Below, in pieces: positions 59,291 to 64,000 of a stretch of DNA of 64,000 nt. The position numbers were made by a program, and so were the translations under genes. The notes below the pieces were generated by a model that worked only from the letters and a program-made list of their open reading frames with translations, searched no databases and was not told where the DNA came from. Source of the DNA: Amphiscolops sp. MND2022 (lineage: Eukaryota); the NCBI GenBank assembly GCA_964187785.1, contig OZ076409.1:6450001-6514000 (forward strand), written 5' to 3'. The first letter of the stretch is position 1; the number at the start of each line of letters is the position of its first letter.

Positions 59291-61156
59291 TTTCACCAGT
59301 CATTTGTTCACACTTTTGATGTGTGAAAGTTGACATGCTTCGAAGAAAAGATGTCAAAGTGAATTATTGACAAGCTGAATTGCAATGTTCAGAGTTGTTT
59401 TGAAACATTTGCTGACAAATATTTGGACTTTTGTGAGCTCAAAAATTTTTATGCGTTCAGTTTTTTTCACCTAATAGGTGACTTGTAAAAACGGTCAACG
59501 TATTATTTTTGGATCACCTCAAGAAGCAAAAATGAGAAAACAAAACACCAAATTGCGTTTCAAAATGAAGAGTCAGTTTAGACTTCGCTGTCAATCGAAA
59601 AGCAAAAGGCGCAAATGTATTTTCAACCTGCCTGTATTTGACACAGTTGGATTTTGGATAGCGATTTTTCTATTCAACTTCAAAATACGTACCAAATCGG
59701 TATTAAGTAGTTTTTTTCGAAAACCATGTTTTTGAGTATGATTAACTAGCAACAAATGAAATGTTGTAGACAAATATTTTCGTTCCCTTGTTGACATCCT
59801 TACAAAAAACATCGAGATCATAAAAAGTCATATATGGTGATTCACTAGGTGAACACTTGGTGTACTAGGTGATGTATATGCTGAAGTGCTCATATCTTCA
59901 TTTGCTCTTACTGTTATCCTTGTTGTAAGCTATTGAAGTTGTTACAAATTCACCTTTTTTAGTCCTTGAAAAGATCCGACTATAGTCATGGCTTTTCGTC
60001 AGTGTCTTTTCTCGATACACCTGAAGTCTGAAGTGACCAAAATAGTTCTACGAAAAGATCTACAAAAATTTAAATTGTACCTGTTGGCTCAAGGAATTGA
60101 ACCAGAAAGGTTTTTTTTCCTATTCTTCCGCGTAACATACAATACCGGACGAGAATATAGAAAGCCTACCAACAAAGGGATACATTTCAAGACCATGGAC
60201 CAAGCCTGATTGTTGTGATAGACTTTCACCAGTCATTTGTTCACACTTTTGATGTGTGAAAGTTGACATGCTTCGAAGAAAAGATGTCAAAGTGAATTAT
60301 TGACAAGCTGAATTGCAATGTTCAGAGTTGTTTTGAAACATTTGCTGACAAATATTTGGACTTTTGTGAGCTCAAAAATTTTTATGCGTTCAGTTTTTTT
60401 CACCTAATAGGTGACTTGTAAAAACGGTCAACGTATTATTTTTGGATCACCTCAAGAAGCAAAAATGAGAAAACAAAACACCAAATTGCGTTTCAAAATG
60501 AAGAGTCAGTTGAGACTTCGCTGTCAATCGAAAAGCAAAAGGCGCAAATGTATTTTCAACCTGCCTGTAATTGACACAGTTGGATTTTGGATAGCGATTT
60601 TTCTATTCAACTTCAAAATACGTACCAAATCGGTATTAAGTAGTTTTTTTCGAAAACCATGTTTTTGAGTATGATTAACTAGCAACAAATGAAATGTTGT
60701 AGACAAATATTTTCGTTCCCTTGTTGACATCCTTACAAAAAACATCGAGATCATAAAAAGTCATATATGGTGATTCACTAGGTGAACACTTGGTGTACTA
60801 GGTGATGTATATGCTGAAGTGCTCATATCTTCATTTGCTCTTACTGTTATCCTTGTTGTAAGCTATTGAAGTTGTTACAAATTCACCTTTTTTAGTCCTT
60901 GAAAAGATCCGACTATAGTCATGGCTTTTCGTCAGTGTCTTTTCTCGATACACCTGAAGTCTGAAGTGACCAAAATAGTTCTACGGAAAGATCTACAAAA
61001 ATTTAAATTGTACCTGTTGGCTCAAGGAATTGAACCAGAAAGGTTTTTTTTCCTTTTCTTCCGCGTAACATACAATACCGGACGAGAATATAGAAAGCCT
61101 ACCATTAAAGGGATACATTTCAAAACCATGGACCAAGCCTGATTGTTGTGATAGAC
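59291..61156. repeat. Tandem duplication, 933-bp unit (59291-60223, 60224-61156)
   Basis: Near-identical ORFs at +933 (59478/60411, 59988/60921). Confidence 0.95.
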
Positions 61157-64000
61157 TTGTTAAATAGCTTCAGAGGTGGCAATGATTTGAATTTGAGACT
61201 GGACAACATCTCTGACGCTGTTTTGTTGGTTTGTCGTTGCACTTGGGCTGAAAGAACCATCACAACCCGGTGAGATTTCTCCATTTATATTTCATTTTAT
61301 CAATTCAAGGTTTTTTTCATACACTGATGCTTCACTGCTGTTGTGATTTTTGTTCGGGGAGATTGGCACACACCCAAATGTGGTATTCTTGCAATTTGTT
61401 AGGTTTCGAGGTTGCGTTGTGATGAAACACAAAGAAACCTGCAACGCTCTGAAGTGTCTGAAGCCCTCAGGGTTGATAGACTGGGTAAATTGTACGCTTT
61501 GCAACGCATGGGTTCATATAAAATGCGCCAATTTATCAAAAACGGATGCCCGTAGCCTTGCCATCTTTAAATGTTATAGATGCTCTTCAGTGAACACAAT
61601 CCCTCAGTGTCACGATTATAACTTTAGAACAGACACCCTTTCTAATTCAGGCGTTGTTCGCTTGAAAAGAGTTCCTGAAATTTCACGGATCCCTCTAGTT
61701 GAAAACTTGATGCCTGAAATTAATGATATTTGTGAAACCCCGACAAAGATTGCCTTGTGGTGCATATTGCTCTCCTCTCTAAGCTGTTTTTTGGAAAAAC
61801 CACCTCGAGGAGGTAAACGTCGGAGGTCATCACTCAGTGCAATAATCAACAAACGTATTCGGGATGGTGTTATTGAGAAAAGACTGAAACGCGACAGAAA
61901 ACCGCAGCAGAAAAGCGTTGGATCGACGACTGCGTTCCATTTGCACTAAATTAGACGAAGGTAATGTTAAGGCCGGAATTAGAATGGCGGTAGGCGACGA
62001 TAAGATTGCAGATTTCACGGTCGACGACTACGCGGCCCTCAAGCTGAACCATCCGCAAAGGGAAACTTGCTCTGTTCCGGACCCCACAGATATTCATGGT
62101 TTTTCAACCTCGGAGTTTTTCGTCCACAAGGCTCTCATGTCCTTCTTCAACGGCTCTAGTGCAGAGTTGGATGGCATTTCGCCTCAAATTTGGAAGATTT
62201 GACTGCCAAGTCGAACGGGCAAACGGGACTGAATTTTCTCAGAGCCTTAACAAATCTTGTGAACGTGATTCCTGGAGGAAAAGTACCTTTCGAACTTCGG
62301 CCGTACTTCTTTGGTGAGAAACTAATTGCGCTGAAAACGCCTGATATAGGACTTCGTCCTATCGCTGTAGGCAATACTTTCCGTTGGTTATCCGCAAAAT
62401 GCGCCGCATACCATGTCTTCGAATCACGTCAGGCAAGATACGGAAGCCGACAAGTAGGTGTTGTCACCAAAAGGGGCGCTGAATTGGCCTCACGTGTTTT
62501 CCGTTGTTTGATAGAAAGCCCCCAGCCCAAAGAAAACGTAATTTTGAAAATTGACTTTGAAAACGCTTTCAAATCGATTAACCGACAATTCATGCTAGAG
62601 AAATCTTTTGAAATACACCCTGAAGTACTCACACTCGGCGTACAGTCAACCAAGTTTTCTTTTTTACGGTGATTCAGAAATCAAATCTTGAGGTGAGGAG
62701 GGGTCCAGCAAGGAGATCTTGAGTCTCGAGCTTTGTTTTCCTAATTCATTCAGGATCTAATTGACAGTTTGGAGTCAAAAATAAACTAATGGTACCTTGA
62801 CGATGGAAATTTAAGTGATGATCTGTTTTGAAAGATCTCGAAGAAAATGTTGGAGCGGAAAAAACGCTAGGACTTAAAATTAAACCCACAAAATGCGAAT
62901 TTTTTTCCTTGGGGACATCACTGAAAAACGCCGATCGACAATTTTAGCACCTTTCCAAAAAATTTTCCCCGGGATCAAAACACCAAAGAAAGATGAACTT
63001 ATCATTCTTGGTTCACCGCTCGGCCCAAATTCACAAGCAAATTTATTGAAATAGAAAATCAATGAACTGGGAAAAGTCAATGAAATTGTTGAAAAACTAG
63101 ATGCGCACTATGGTTTTTTTAAATTTGAAAAATAGCTTCAGTCTGCCAAAGTTGTTATACTTCCTGAGAGCCAGTACATGTTTTAATCACCCAGCTCTCT
63201 TGGAAAGGTATGACAAAATCGTGCGCGACAGGTTTTCCAAAATTTGTTGCGTGAATTTCGACGATATTTCGAGTACTCAGCTGGCTCTGCCCGCTGAATT
63301 GGGTAGTCTTGGGGTGTCATCCGCAATCAATATTAGCGATTCCCGCCTTTTTGGCCTCAGCTTTTGGTGCGAGTGACTTTCTCACGACGGTTTTCTCGAA
63401 AACATTCGTAGATGTTTCGTTTACAAAAGCGCTTGAGAAATGGTTGAGTTTGACGAATGAACAGGAAAGTCCTCTCGATAAAACCCAGAAAAATTGGACA
63501 CTACTTGTCTTCGTCAGAACCGCCCAAGAATTGATTTCTAGAATGGATGACAAACGTTCGAAAGTTTTCAACGCAAGGCAAATTCGGATCTCAAGGGCTG
63601 AACGTCGTTCCTTGTAAAACCTAGGCCTGAAACTTGATAATCAGAAACTTCGGATTTCAAATGGTCTACGTCTCGGAGCCAACATTTGCGTTGCGCATAC
63701 GTGCCACTGTGGTAAAAAAGTAGAACGGGACGGTTTACACGGTCTTTCTTGCACCGAGAGGGCTGGTCGCTTCTCACGTCATGCTACTCTCAATTCTCTC
63801 ATAAAGCAGATGTTGGGATCTCTCGACTTGCCTTCAATAATTGAATCGCGTGGACTGTACCGAACCGATGGCAAACGCCCAGACAGTGTTACCATGACTC
63901 CTTGGGAAATGGGTAAACCGCTGCTGTGGGATGTCACGGTTGTGGATGCTCTTGCACCCAGTCGCCTGAGTCAAGGCTTTTTATGCAACCCTGGAACCAC
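61088..64000 (+). mobile_element. Decayed CRE-clade-like non-LTR retrotransposon (PHD finger + RT + restriction-like endonuclease), running past the window end
   Basis: PHD C..C...WVNC..C.AWVH.KC...C..C (61440-61585); RT GLRPIAVG, KIDFENAF, GVQQGD, YLDDG; C-terminal CHCG..HGLSC..RH..KRPD..WDVTV; several stops and frameshifts. 5' boundary approximate. Confidence 0.85.

Overview
This is AT-rich, repeat-dense animal (probably invertebrate) nuclear DNA; there is no prokaryotic content. The dominant feature is an apparently intact, very recent ~19.1 kb Ty3/Gypsy LTR retroelement (21436-40529, +) with near-identical ~710 bp LTRs and a ~3 kb leader. Its 3222-aa single-frame Gag-Pol has two CCHC knuckles, a pseudo-protease plus an active protease, RT, RNase H and integrase, followed by an AT-hook/Cys tail and two TARG1/OARD1-like macrodomains. 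A second intact 1364-aa ORF sits in the env position but contains an SGNH/GDSL-like fold rather than an Env; this is the best candidate for an undescribed system. Host genes are a 3-exon LRRC58 (-, 376 aa) whose stop codon begins an 18-bp-phased TGACGTCA array, a 7SL/SRP RNA gene (-), and an orphan sulfotransferase-like terminal exon. Other repeats: a decayed Bel/Pao element with TSD, an internally deleted LTR element, many Helentron-type non-autonomous (HINE/DINE-like) repeats, a tRNA-derived SINE, a 250-bp palindrome, a 3.67-kb triplication, a 933-bp duplication and a decayed PHD-bearing CRE-like non-LTR element running off the right edge. All domain calls are by-eye motif recognition, not database searches.
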